From an uncultured Clostridia bacterium (GTDB lineage Bacteria > Bacillota > Dehalobacteriia > UBA4068), in NCBI GenBank assembly GCA_944390945.1, contig CALXRV010000058.1, positions 431 to 64,430 on the forward strand: a DNA stretch of 64,000 bases, in the 5' to 3' direction. Within the stretch, counting starts at the first letter, position 1. Each line of letters opens with the position of its first letter. The translations under genes and the position numbers were made by a program. Shown piece after piece: positions 10,189-19,647 of this stretch. The notes under the pieces were generated by a model, which ran no database searches, was not told the DNA's origin, and worked only from the letters and a program-made list of their open reading frames with translations.

Positions 10189-10216
10189 TTGAAAAAATTT
10201 GAATATCTGTTATAGT
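10189..10216 (+). promoter_or_regulatory. candidate sigma-A promoter for tRNA-Arg
   Basis: TTGAAA, 16-nt spacer, TATAGT. That leaves a ~75-nt leader before the tRNA, so confidence is moderate. Confidence 0.45.
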
Positions 10217-10292
10217 TTATTTATCTGTTGTCCGCCCCAAACGCGGATCGCAGCAGCCCTGCCCCCGCATGGAGGCGGTGCTGATTCTTCAT

Positions 10293-10369
<77 letters not shown>

Positions 10370-10406
10370 AAAACGACAGGCGTCGTCCGGCGCCTGTCGT
10401 TTTTTC
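10370..10406 (+). terminator. intrinsic terminator after tRNA-Arg
   Basis: ACGACAGGCG-tcgtccgg-CGCCTGTCGT followed by TTTTT. Confidence 0.8.
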
Positions 10407-10597
10407 CTGCATCCTGATGCGAAATTTATGCACGCACGATGCAGGCCCCAGTCGCAGCGCATCTGCCGGAAAACCATATCCGTCATGAATTTCCGTGTTC
10501 GGTTCCCCACCGCAAAATCTGCGGCAACTGTTGTTAGCATCCTTTAACAAAGAGGATCCCTGCAAAAAACAGGACGTCCCTTCCTGCCGCTATCCTG

Positions 10598-10631
10598 ATG
10601 AAAACGACCATGCCGGCTGAATGGTCGTTCT
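10598..10631 (-). terminator. putative intrinsic terminator of the gltX/Big_2 transcription unit
   Basis: Minus strand AACGACCAT-tcagccggc-ATGGTCGTT followed by TTC; the U-tract is short. Confidence 0.4.
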
Positions 10632-10792
10632 CTAATGATTCGATTCAGAATCCCAATGGCGCATAAATTCCTTCCCTGCGCCATAGGCAGTTCCTGCCGG
10701 TTACTGAAGAAAACATTGTTTCTCTATGCAAGATCACCCGGTACCAATAGATAACTATGTCCTTGCGCAAAGCCAAACAGAAGTTAAAACCG

Positions 10793-12469
10793 TCAACCAG
10801 CAGCAGAATCCGCAGTTTCCGTGCCAGACAACCGCTCCAATGTCAACGTATATGGGGCAATCCCGTATGCGGTCAGCTGCAGCATATAACTTTTTCCACC
10901 TGTCAGATGGAGCTTCAGCCCAGTACTGCCAGTCCACCAGGAAAATGTATCAACCTGCATATCGCCATCATACAATTCGCCCATACCACCCGTCTCACCA
11001 TCAACAGTTAAACGATAATCTGCATCCTCATCCGGCAACAGGCATATTGTCTGCTGATTGGTATAAAGATCCATCATCAACTGCAAGTTCTCCCCTGGCC
11101 GCAAGGTCAGCAAGCGAATTTTCTGCAGGGAAAGGGAACAGGCAGATTCAGCCTGCATAACAAGATAATAGCTCTGCCCCGCCGCACAATTTGCCTCAAG
11201 CTGCAGCATACCTCGGCCAGAGGTCTCAGCGAGCAGCTGATATGAAGCATCCAGCCAGCGCAGCTGCATCTCGCCGCCTCCACTCAGGGAAAGTGCATAA
11301 TCGGCATTTGTTGTCGCGGTAAAACATCTGACAGAAACGCCAGCGGGTAGCGCGGCCTGAAGAAGATCATCCGACGGCAGTTTGCTCCCTGAGGGGACAG
11401 GCACGGAACAGCGCATGATTTCGCCATAAATTTCCTGCCCGCCAGAATCACCGTACAAATGCAAAAATGCGCAATAATTGTATTCCCCCGGCGCGCAATC
11501 CACCGACATGGCCAGATCAAAAGCAGCTTGCTCACCGGCGGCCGCATGCCTGCTGACGAGCATTGCCGCGTTCGCCGGACGCTCCGCTGTGCCGCTCCAC
11601 CAGTAAAACCCATATTCTGCCTCCGTTTTCGCCGGGATGACAAAATGCCCCTGCAATTTTGCGGAAAACGGCATCTCCGTATTTGCGGCGCCAGTAGTAG
11701 CCTGCCCGGCTGCCAACTGCTCCGCCACTTTTACCGTTATGCTCGCTGTTTTATTGCCGGTCAAACTGATGGCTGTGACCGTTGCCTGACCGGCAGAACG
11801 GGCGTAGACCACGCCATCCACCACTTGCGCAACGCTTTCATCATTACTCTGCCAGCACAAATCGCGGATAGAGGCTTCCGCTGGCGTAAACAGCACCTGC
11901 ACCGGAGCAGAGTCCCCCACTTGCAGCTGCAATTCCGCCGGCTGCAGCTGTAATCCGAGCAGCGGGATACCGATTTCCGCTACACCGAGATCCCGCATTT
12001 CCGCATAAGGCTGTAAGCTGCCATCTGCAGCAAGGAAGAAAGCGGCAAACCGCTCCGCGGTCAATAATTGCGGCAACCGTAACCGCAGGGGAACAGGCTG
12101 CCCGCCGGGCAACGACAGCTTCTCCTGCGCCAAATACAGCATACTGCCGCTGCCGCTATAAGCAGCCACACAAACAATGCCCTCCACCGGCTGTTGACTA
12201 TCTAGAGAAAGGGAGACGATCAAATCATCCCCCAGCCGCAAAACACTATCCGGCACGATCACTACCGGCAGCAGTTCGCATATTTCTTCTTGTCCTGATG
12301 CCGCATCCGAGTCCGCTGGCATTACCACGTCCGCTGAAGCCGCGGCGGGCAAATATGCCAGGCAAAAGAAGCATAAAAACATGCCCAGGCAGCAGTAGAT
12401 CCGCCCGACGGGCAGACTGCCCCGTAGGTTGTGCTTGGCCTGGAATTTCTCCTCCCCGCGCCGGCGCAT
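10793..12469 (-). CDS. secreted protein with bacterial Ig-like (Big_2) domain and C-terminal beta-rich, pre-peptidase-C-terminal-like region
   Basis: ORF 10793..12538 trimmed to ATG 12469, because upstream codons overlap gltX. Signal-like N-terminus MRRRGEEKFQAK...MFLCFFCLAYLPAAASA. Big_2 signature LQVGDSAPVQVLFTPAEASIRDLCWQSNDESVAQVVDGVVYARSAGQATVTAISLTGNKTASITVKV. An alternative start is at 12382. Confidence 0.6.
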   Translation of the reverse strand: MRRRGEEKFQAKHNLRGSLPVGRIYCCLGMFLCFFCLAYLPAAASADVVMPADSDAASGQEEICELLPVVIVPDSVLRLGDDLIVSLSLDSQQPVEGIVCVAAYSGSGSMLYLAQEKLSLPGGQPVPLRLRLPQLLTAERFAAFFLAADGSLQPYAEMRDLGVAEIGIPLLGLQLQPAELQLQVGDSAPVQVLFTPAEASIRDLCWQSNDESVAQVVDGVVYARSAGQATVTAISLTGNKTASITVKVAEQLAAGQATTGAANTEMPFSAKLQGHFVIPAKTEAEYGFYWWSGTAERPANAAMLVSRHAAAGEQAAFDLAMSVDCAPGEYNYCAFLHLYGDSGGQEIYGEIMRCSVPVPSGSKLPSDDLLQAALPAGVSVRCFTATTNADYALSLSGGGEMQLRWLDASYQLLAETSGRGMLQLEANCAAGQSYYLVMQAESACSLSLQKIRLLTLRPGENLQLMMDLYTNQQTICLLPDEDADYRLTVDGETGGMGELYDGDMQVDTFSWWTGSTGLKLHLTGGKSYMLQLTAYGIAPYTLTLERLSGTETADSAAG

Positions 12470-12471
12470 GG

Positions 12472-14112
12472 TCAATCCATCGCAGCCAGCAGGCGCCGCA
12501 GAGTACGCTCTTTTCCCAGCGTCTGGCTGATTTCCCATAAATCCGGTGAATTGCTGCGTCCGGTAACCGCAATGCGGATCGTATTGCTGACATCGACTAT
12601 ACTGCCGCGGTACAGCTCCGGATTTTTCTTATATTTTTTCGGCTGTAGCGCAAAACCAAGCTCTTCGCAGATTACGCGCACCTTGCCAAACCATTGTTCG
12701 TTGTCATCCGCAAAATCAAGCGTCTGCAGATAGCGCTGCAGGATTTCCCGCCGCATTTGCGGATCGATATTCTGCGGATAAGGGTCATCCTGCTGAAATC
12801 GTTCATCATAATAGAAAGAGAGAAAACGCACCGCCTGTCGCCAGGTCACCAGATCTTTGCGCGGCCTTTCCCCCGTCTTGCCCAATGCCAGCACATGCTC
12901 GGCATATGCGCGGTCGCGCGCCAGCAGATTCGCAAATTCCGCATCATATTCCCGGCACCAGGCAAGCAGGCCATCATAAACTTCTGATGCTGGCAAGGCG
13001 CAGAGTACTTCTTTGCTGATATCCTCCAGCTTGACCAGATCAAACAAAGCGCCGGAATGGCTCATCTTCTCCGTACTGAAGGGGAATTCGCTAAATGGCA
13101 GCCCCGGATTCTCCAGCCGCCACTGCTCGTAATTGGAATTGAGCACCGTAAGCAGATACTCCCAAATTGCCTGCGGCAGATACCCCTCCTGCCGGTAATA
13201 GTCCAATGCCAGCTCCGGATCTTTACGTTTGGAAAGTTTACGCCGCGTCTCGCCATCTTGCTTCATCAACTGTGCAGTATGGCAATAAATTGGCCGCTGC
13301 CAGCCCAAGGCATCGAACACCTGCACATGCATGGGCAGCGTAGCCAGCCATTCTTCACCACGCACCACATGCGTAGTACGCATATAATGGTCATCCACCA
13401 CATGCGCAAAATGATAGGTCGGGATGCCGTCGCTTTTCAAAAGGACGAAATCTTGATAGTTTTCCTGCACAACCAGCTCACCGCGGATCGCATCCAGTAC
13501 GGTCACGCTATGCTCCGCATCGCCCTGGCTACGGAAACGCAGCACCCATGGCATTCCGGCCGCCAACTTTTCTTCGATCTGCTCCAGGGTCAGCGTACGG
13601 CAAGCGGCATAAGCGCCGTAATAGCCAAAATTCAGTTTCTCTGCCTGCTGCCGCTCACGCAGCCGGGCAACCTCATCTTCTGTACAAAAGCAGGGATAAG
13701 CCTGCCCCTGTTCCACCAGGCGTTTAGCCACAGCCTGATAGATCTCCGCACGCTGACGTTGCCGGTAAGGCCCGTATGCACCGCAGTCACCATCCAGCAA
13801 AGCGCCTTCATCAAAATGCACGCCGAAAAAATCCATTGCAGAAAGAATCATGCCGACTGCGCCCGCCACTTCCCGCTTTGCATCCGTATCCTCAATGCGC
13901 AGAATAAAAACGCCACCACTCTGATGTGCCAACCGTTCGCCAATAACTGCATTATAAAGGTTCCCCAAATGGACAAAACCGGTCGGGCTGGGACCGATGC
14001 GCGTTACCTTCGCACCGGCCGGCAAGTCGCGCGGCGGATAAATCGACTCATAGTCCTCCGGGGTTTTGGTGATCTGCGGAAAAAGCAGTTGCGCCAAGCG
14101 TTGATGATCCAT
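12472..14112 (-). CDS. gltX: glutamate--tRNA ligase (class I aminoacyl-tRNA synthetase)
   Basis: 546 aa. PSPTGFVHLGNLYNA is a HIGH-type motif and KLSKRK a KMSKS-type motif, in GluRS-like architecture. A non-discriminating or GlnRS-related specificity cannot be excluded by eye. Confidence 0.75.
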   Translation of the reverse strand: MDHQRLAQLLFPQITKTPEDYESIYPPRDLPAGAKVTRIGPSPTGFVHLGNLYNAVIGERLAHQSGGVFILRIEDTDAKREVAGAVGMILSAMDFFGVHFDEGALLDGDCGAYGPYRQRQRAEIYQAVAKRLVEQGQAYPCFCTEDEVARLRERQQAEKLNFGYYGAYAACRTLTLEQIEEKLAAGMPWVLRFRSQGDAEHSVTVLDAIRGELVVQENYQDFVLLKSDGIPTYHFAHVVDDHYMRTTHVVRGEEWLATLPMHVQVFDALGWQRPIYCHTAQLMKQDGETRRKLSKRKDPELALDYYRQEGYLPQAIWEYLLTVLNSNYEQWRLENPGLPFSEFPFSTEKMSHSGALFDLVKLEDISKEVLCALPASEVYDGLLAWCREYDAEFANLLARDRAYAEHVLALGKTGERPRKDLVTWRQAVRFLSFYYDERFQQDDPYPQNIDPQMRREILQRYLQTLDFADDNEQWFGKVRVICEELGFALQPKKYKKNPELYRGSIVDVSNTIRIAVTGRSNSPDLWEISQTLGKERTLRRLLAAMD

Positions 14113-14149
14113 AAATAAAACTCCCCTCTTTCAGCTCCAAAGCAGCTAT

Positions 14150-14178
14150 ATTATAACATCTTGCGGCAAAATTGACAA
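14150..14178 (-). promoter_or_regulatory. sigma-A promoter of gltX
   Basis: Minus strand reads TTGTCA, 17-nt spacer, TATAAT, about 40 nt upstream of the gltX ATG. Confidence 0.6.
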
Positions 14179-14298
14179 CTTTATGCCGCTTTGCGCAAAA
14201 TATGCAGGAAAAACAGGACTTTCTCCTAAATATTGTGGTTTAATTTTTCCATCATATCGTGTATAATAGCATAAGAATAAAATTGGGAGGTTTTGGCT

Positions 14299-14658
14299 AT
14301 GAACAGGGAGATCCGTACCGATCTAGGCATTATCGAAATCGGCAGGGACGTGATCGCCAATCTCGCCGGCATCGCCACGACAGAATGCTTTGGCGTAGTC
14401 GGCGTGGTCAGTTCGCGCGTGTTCAGCGATGGCATCAGCGATCTGCTGGGCCGGGAATCCCTTTCCAAAGGCGTGGACATCATGGTACGCGACGACAAGC
14501 TGTATATCCGCGTGAATGTGGTCATCAGCTATGGCAATCGCATCACGACCATCGCACAGAATATCGTTGATAATGTAAAATACATCGTGGAAAAGCACAC
14601 CGGCCTCACAGTAGACCATGTCGAGGTAAATGTGCAAGGCGTGCGCATGATCGATTAG
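14299..14658 (+). CDS. Asp23/Gls24 family envelope stress protein
   Basis: ATG 14299 lies 8 nt after GGGAGG; the track start at 14293 is a TTG. Sequence MNREIRTDLGIIEIGRDVIANLAGIATTECFGVVG..., and the position immediately before yloV-recG is the classic one. Confidence 0.8.
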   Translation: MNREIRTDLGIIEIGRDVIANLAGIATTECFGVVGVVSSRVFSDGISDLLGRESLSKGVDIMVRDDKLYIRVNVVISYGNRITTIAQNIVDNVKYIVEKHTGLTVDHVEVNVQGVRMID

Positions 14659-14682
14659 CGCGCCGCAATGAGGAGGACAATT

Positions 14683-16383
14683 ATGGCAATGGGCATTTCT
14701 CTGATGGATGCAGCCATGTTGCGTGCATTTTTGCTGGGCGGCTGCAACCGTTTGGGAGCGCTGCAGGAAGAAGTCAACGCATTGAACGTGTTTCCTGTTC
14801 CCGACGGCGATACTGGTATCAATATGTATTTAACGGTCAGTGCAGCTGGCCGGAAGATCGAAAATGTTCCGCTGGCATCCGGGGTGGGCAAGATCGCATC
14901 CGAATTTTCAATGGGCGCGCTGATGGGCGCGCGCGGCAACAGCGGCGTAATCCTTTCGCAGATCTTTCGCGGGCTTGCTACTTCCCTGGGCAGCAAAAAA
15001 ACTGCAACCGCCGAAGAATTTGCCGCTGCAATGCAGAAAGGCGTCGATCTTTCCTACAAATCCGTAATGAAACCGGTGGAAGGTACGATCCTTACTGTCT
15101 ATCGCCTGTTTGCCGCCGCGGCTGCAGAGGCGGCAGCCAGCGGGGCAGATATCCCACAAATGTTGCGCCAGGCCCTACAGGCTGGTGAAAAAGCGCTGGC
15201 AGATACGCCGCGTTTATTACCCGTGCTCAAAGAAGCTGGGGTTGTAGATGCCGGCGGCAAAGGTCTGCTCGTCTTCATGGAGGGGGCGGCTGATACGATC
15301 GATAGCGGAGACCTTTCGGTCTTTCTGGTCGACCATTCGGGCAAACCCGCTTCCACTTCCGCGCCAGCCCAGACAGCCGGTCCGGCTGCGGCGCGCAACG
15401 ATATTTCCACGGCAGATATCATCTATACCTATTGCACGCAACTTCTGATCAAAGGGCAGGATCTGCCGATCGACCGCATCCGTGAACACCTTTCGCAGGA
15501 TCCCCCCGGCGACAGTCTGCTGGTCGTCGGTGATGAAACCGTAATCAAGATTCACTTCCATAACAACCATCCCGGCCAGGTATTAGAATACTGCGCGCAA
15601 TTCGGCAGCCTGCATGATATCATCATCGACAATATGTGCGACCAGCATCATGAGACGATGGCCTTGGCAGGCACGGAAGCCCCCGCGGCGCCGGCTGCGC
15701 CGCCACAGGCAAATATGGAAGCGCCTCTTTGCGGCGTGATTGCCGTCGCTTGCGGCGAAGCGATGTCCAATCTGTTCAGCGAGCTGGGCGCTGTTGTGAT
15801 CAGCGGTGGACAGACGATGAACCCATCGGCTGAAGATCTGCTCAATGCCGTAGAGCAACATCCGGCCCGCGAATTGGTCATCCTGCCCAACAACAGTAAT
15901 ATTGTGCTCACGGCAGACCAGGTCAAACAACTGACCGAAAAACCCGTAGAAGTGGTACGCAGTAAATTTGTTACCCAGGGGATCAGTGCCATGCTGGGCT
16001 TCAATGCCGAACATACGGCAGCGGAAAACAACAAGGCAATGACCCGCAGCTGCGCGGATGTCATCAGTGGCGAGCTGACTTTTGCCGTGCGTGATACCAA
16101 GTTCAACGGCTTTTCGATCAAACAGAACGATTTGCTTGCCATCATGCAAGGCGATATCGTCGCTTGTGGGCAGGATATGCTGACTGTGCTTTCCGAGCTG
16201 ATCGAAAAAATGGTCGCCGCCAGTGAAGAGCCGGAGATTCTCAGCCTCTATTATGGCAGCGATATTGCCACCGGCGAGGCGGAAGAACTTTCCGAAGCGC
16301 TGGAAGAGCGCTTTCCGGATCTGGATCTGGAGCTGCATGCCGGCGGACAACCACTCTACTATTTCCTATTGGCTGTTGAATAA
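14683..16383 (+). CDS. yloV: DAK2 domain-containing protein, YloV family
   Basis: ATG 14683 follows AGGAGG. DAK2 motif VFPVPDGDTGINM, a ~565-aa YloV-type two-domain protein in the conserved asp23-yloV-recG order. Confidence 0.8.
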   Translation: MAMGISLMDAAMLRAFLLGGCNRLGALQEEVNALNVFPVPDGDTGINMYLTVSAAGRKIENVPLASGVGKIASEFSMGALMGARGNSGVILSQIFRGLATSLGSKKTATAEEFAAAMQKGVDLSYKSVMKPVEGTILTVYRLFAAAAAEAAASGADIPQMLRQALQAGEKALADTPRLLPVLKEAGVVDAGGKGLLVFMEGAADTIDSGDLSVFLVDHSGKPASTSAPAQTAGPAAARNDISTADIIYTYCTQLLIKGQDLPIDRIREHLSQDPPGDSLLVVGDETVIKIHFHNNHPGQVLEYCAQFGSLHDIIIDNMCDQHHETMALAGTEAPAAPAAPPQANMEAPLCGVIAVACGEAMSNLFSELGAVVISGGQTMNPSAEDLLNAVEQHPARELVILPNNSNIVLTADQVKQLTEKPVEVVRSKFVTQGISAMLGFNAEHTAAENNKAMTRSCADVISGELTFAVRDTKFNGFSIKQNDLLAIMQGDIVACGQDMLTVLSELIEKMVAASEEPEILSLYYGSDIATGEAEELSEALEERFPDLDLELHAGGQPLYYFLLAVE

Positions 16384-16428
16384 ACCAGGGGCGGCACGCT
16401 GCCGCCCTTTTTCTTATGGGGACGAAAA

Positions 16429-18714
16429 ATGGATCTTTTTGACGTGATCGCCAAGGAAAAAGCCTCCGGCTGCCACGACGCCGCTGTTTTTGGGGGCTTC
16501 GGCCTGTTTCTCCATAACTGGGCGGAAGCGCATGGCATCCAGGAACTGGCAAGATTAGCTGGATTATATGCCATATCCGCCAGCGATGCACGGCCTGCCC
16601 TGCTAGCGGAAATCGAAGCCTGCCTGCGACAAAGCGAGATTCGTACGGATCTGCCACAAAAAACAGCGACCAAACCAGCAGCGGAACAACCTGCTGTGCA
16701 GCTGCCCTTGACCGCGCTGCCTGGCATTGGCGAACAACGCGCGGCATTGTTCGCCAGGCTGGGTTTACATACGCTGGGCGATCTGCTGGAATACTTCCCA
16801 CGGGATTATCGCGACCGACGGCAAGCAACGTCGATCGCCGAAGCGCAGATCGGCAGCCTGGTCTATCTGCGCGGCAGGGTGATCTCCGCGGAGACTGCGC
16901 GTGCACGCAGCGGCAAAACGATACTTACCTGTTTTTTCCGCGATGAAAGCGGTTCGATGGCCGCCATCTGGTTCAACCAGCCCTTTTTACTGCGCCGGCT
17001 GCAGAAAGATGTGGAGCTGGCAGTCTATGGCCGTATCGAAAACCGTTACAACAATCTCAGCCTGGTTGTGCAGGATTACCGAATCGGCAAAGAAATCGCG
17101 GATACGCCGCCATTGGAACCGCTCTATGCGCTGACTGCCGGCCTGGGACAAAAAGCTGTGCAGGCAGCGGTGCGCGCTGCTTTTCAGCGTTGTCGCGGGC
17201 ATCTGCCAGATCTGCTGCCGGAAAACCTGCGCGAAAAACGCCTGCTGCTACATCGGGAACAGGCGATCGAGATCTTGCATTTTCCGGAAGACCCGGCCAT
17301 GGTCGAAGTGGCACGCCGCACCATGGCCTACGAAGAACTGTTCCTGATTCAGTTGGCGATCCGCCGCAATGCTATCCCAACCAAAAAAATACGTCGTCAA
17401 GCAGTAGACGACCAGGCATTGCTGAACAAATTCACCTCTGCGCTACCCTTTTCGCTGACGCGGGCGCAGTTGCGGGTAATCCACGAGATCTATGCGGATT
17501 TGGATCAACCACAACCAATGTCTCGCCTGGTACAGGGGGATGTCGGCAGCGGCAAAACGATGGTGGCGGCGGCGGCCATCTGCAAGTGTTGCGCCGCGGG
17601 GCGTCAGGCCGCCTTAATGGCGCCCACGGAGATCCTGGCGCAGCAGCATTTTCAAACCTTGGCGCCGCTGCTGCTCTCGCAGGGGTTGACCTCTGCCCTG
17701 CTCACCGGGCATACCGGTGCGGCGGACCGGCGCCTGATTCTGGCGCAGGCGGAAGCCGGGGTGCTGGATTGCCTTGTCGGCACGCAGGCGCTGATTCAGG
17801 ATGGCGTGAAGTTCTCTCAGCTGGGACTCGCCATTACAGATGAACAACACCGCTTTGGTGTTGCGCAGCGTGCGCGCCTGCGCGGGCGGCCGGCAACAGA
17901 TCTTTTGGTGATGACGGCGACGCCGATCCCGCGCACGTTAGCGATGACGCTATATGCCGATCTGCGGCTATCCATCCTTGACGAGTTACCACCAGGCCGC
18001 AAACCGGTTAAAACCTATGCGGTCGACCTCAGCTATGAACAGCGCGTCTATCGCTTTATCGACCGTGAAACCGCCAAGGGGCGGCAGGCGTTTATCGTTG
18101 CACCGCTGGTGGAAGAAACCGATTCCGTTGCGGCTGCATCTGCCACGCAGCTTTATGCGCATCTGCAAAAAAACATCTTTCCCAACAGGCGACTCAGCCT
18201 GCTGCATGGCAGGATGAAGCCGGCAGAAAAAGAACAGGTGATGGCAGACTTCCGCGATCATAAAAGCGATATCCTCGTTGCCACCACGGTAATCGAAGTC
18301 GGCGTGGATATCCCCAATGCCACAGTAATGCTGATCTGCAATGCGGAACGCTTTGGTCTTGCACAGTTGCATCAGCTGCGTGGCCGCATTGGCCGCGGCA
18401 GTGCACAATCCTATTGCATTCTCCTGCATCAAGCACAGAGCGAGTTGGCGCGTGAACGTATGCGTATCATCAGCGAGACCAACGATGGCTTCCGGCTGGC
18501 TGAAGCTGACCTGCAGCAGCGTGGACCGGGTGAATTCTTTGGCCAGCGTCAGCACGGACTGCCGCAACTGAAGATCGCCGATATCTTTCGCGACGCACCG
18601 TTGTTGGAACTGGCGCAACAGGATATCCAGCCGCTGCTGGCCCATGGCAGCAAGTTGCCTGAAGCCGGGGAAGCCAGACTGAGCCGTCTGCTCGATTATA
18701 TGGCCTGCGGCTGA
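16429..18714 (+). CDS. recG: ATP-dependent DNA helicase RecG (with ~90-aa N-terminal extension)
   Basis: Wedge-domain start LPGIGEQRAALFARLGLHTLGDLLEYFPRDY, Walker A GDVGSGKT, DEQH box ITDEQHRFG, and LHQLRGRIGRG near the C-terminus. Confidence 0.9.
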   Translation: MDLFDVIAKEKASGCHDAAVFGGFGLFLHNWAEAHGIQELARLAGLYAISASDARPALLAEIEACLRQSEIRTDLPQKTATKPAAEQPAVQLPLTALPGIGEQRAALFARLGLHTLGDLLEYFPRDYRDRRQATSIAEAQIGSLVYLRGRVISAETARARSGKTILTCFFRDESGSMAAIWFNQPFLLRRLQKDVELAVYGRIENRYNNLSLVVQDYRIGKEIADTPPLEPLYALTAGLGQKAVQAAVRAAFQRCRGHLPDLLPENLREKRLLLHREQAIEILHFPEDPAMVEVARRTMAYEELFLIQLAIRRNAIPTKKIRRQAVDDQALLNKFTSALPFSLTRAQLRVIHEIYADLDQPQPMSRLVQGDVGSGKTMVAAAAICKCCAAGRQAALMAPTEILAQQHFQTLAPLLLSQGLTSALLTGHTGAADRRLILAQAEAGVLDCLVGTQALIQDGVKFSQLGLAITDEQHRFGVAQRARLRGRPATDLLVMTATPIPRTLAMTLYADLRLSILDELPPGRKPVKTYAVDLSYEQRVYRFIDRETAKGRQAFIVAPLVEETDSVAAASATQLYAHLQKNIFPNRRLSLLHGRMKPAEKEQVMADFRDHKSDILVATTVIEVGVDIPNATVMLICNAERFGLAQLHQLRGRIGRGSAQSYCILLHQAQSELARERMRIISETNDGFRLAEADLQQRGPGEFFGQRQHGLPQLKIADIFRDAPLLELAQQDIQPLLAHGSKLPEAGEARLSRLLDYMACG

Positions 18715-18834
18715 ACACATGCAATCCATATCTGCAATCTGTTCCCGATGAACGCAGTAGCCCTTTCCTATGCTTCTTCAGCCCACTTATGGATGACCAG
18801 CTGCAAAACGATCGTCAACCCAGCATGGCATAAG

Positions 18835-18882
18835 CAAAAAACGGCGCCCAACAGGCACACAGCCTGCCGAACGCCGTTTTTC
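18835..18882. terminator. bidirectional terminator between convergent recG and nrdG
   Basis: AAAAAACGGCG...CAGGC-acac-GCCTG...CGCCGTTTTT. Confidence 0.65.
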
Positions 18883-18894
18883 CTTTTCCGTCTG

Positions 18895-19401
18895 TTAAAG
18901 CGTTTCTTTACCTTCACGAATCCGTCGTAGATCGATAATCCGCTGATTTGCACTACCACGAAACTGCAAGGTCAGATCCCGTTCGGCCTCAATATAAGGA
19001 CCATCAATCAGCGTATCCACCTCCTGCAGCAAGGCGGCAACTGCCATATCCTCCGCTGCCAAGGCCTGCAGCTGCTCCAACGTATAGCCGGAATAGGCCA
19101 GTACATGCCTGCCCATTGCGTGTACGCCGCGCGCGATCGCCGCGCAGGCGGCGGGCTGGCAAAACGGCTCTCCACCGGAAAGCGTCACGCCGGAAAGCAG
19201 CGGATTTTCCGCGATCGCAGCCAAGATCTCCGCAATCTGCCGTTCTTCACCGCCGGCAAAATCATGGGTTTGCGGATTATGGCAACCTGGACAATGATGC
19301 GGACAACCCTGCGTGAATACGACATAGCGCAGCCCCGGACCATCGACAATCGATTCCTCGATCAGCCCGCTGACGCGGATCATCTCCGGCTCAGATCCCA
19401 T
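18895..19401 (-). CDS. nrdG: anaerobic ribonucleoside-triphosphate reductase activating protein (radical SAM)
   Basis: ORF 18895..19494 trimmed to MGSEPEMIRVSGL... (or ATG 19383). Has IVDGPGLRYVVFTQGCPHHCPGCHNP, a CxxxCxxC motif. The start overlaps the stop of the mini-ORF upstream. Confidence 0.85.
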   Translation of the reverse strand: MGSEPEMIRVSGLIEESIVDGPGLRYVVFTQGCPHHCPGCHNPQTHDFAGGEERQIAEILAAIAENPLLSGVTLSGGEPFCQPAACAAIARGVHAMGRHVLAYSGYTLEQLQALAAEDMAVAALLQEVDTLIDGPYIEAERDLTLQFRGSANQRIIDLRRIREGKETL

Positions 19402-19552
19402 GTTTGACCCGATCCCTTTCCTCGCAGCGTTTCGCATTGTTGAAACGATCAGTCGTACCGACCAGATAACCTGTAATGCGACGAATACGTTCAAATTTCA
19501 GGCCTTCTCCATATATCCTGCCGCTCTGTTCCTGTTGTTTCTGTACTTCCAT
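19391..19552 (-). CDS. stand-alone glycyl-radical C-terminal segment of NrdD (53 codons)
   Basis: ATG 19552 follows AGGGGG. The sequence MEVQKQQEQSGRIYGEGLKFERIRRITGYLVGTTDRFNNAKRCEERDRVKHGI carries the class III RNR glycyl-radical motif R-x-x-G-Y and the FNxxK...RVKH tail. It is in a different frame from the large nrdD ORF. Confidence 0.65.
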   Translation of the reverse strand: MEVQKQQEQSGRIYGEGLKFERIRRITGYLVGTTDRFNNAKRCEERDRVKHGI

Positions 19553-19647
19553 CCTAATCGCCCCCTGCTCTGTTTTTGATGGCACTATTTTCATCCCGCA
19601 GTGCTGCAGCAGGCATCCCGCCGACAACGCAGCCGAGCTGCAGGCAT

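Noticed and set aside
13057-14118. 353-aa plus-strand ORF
   Set aside because: It is antisense to gltX and is a shadow ORF.
16241-16906. 221-aa minus-strand ORF spanning the yloV-recG junction
   Set aside because: It is antisense to two well-supported genes and is R/P/A-rich with no RBS.
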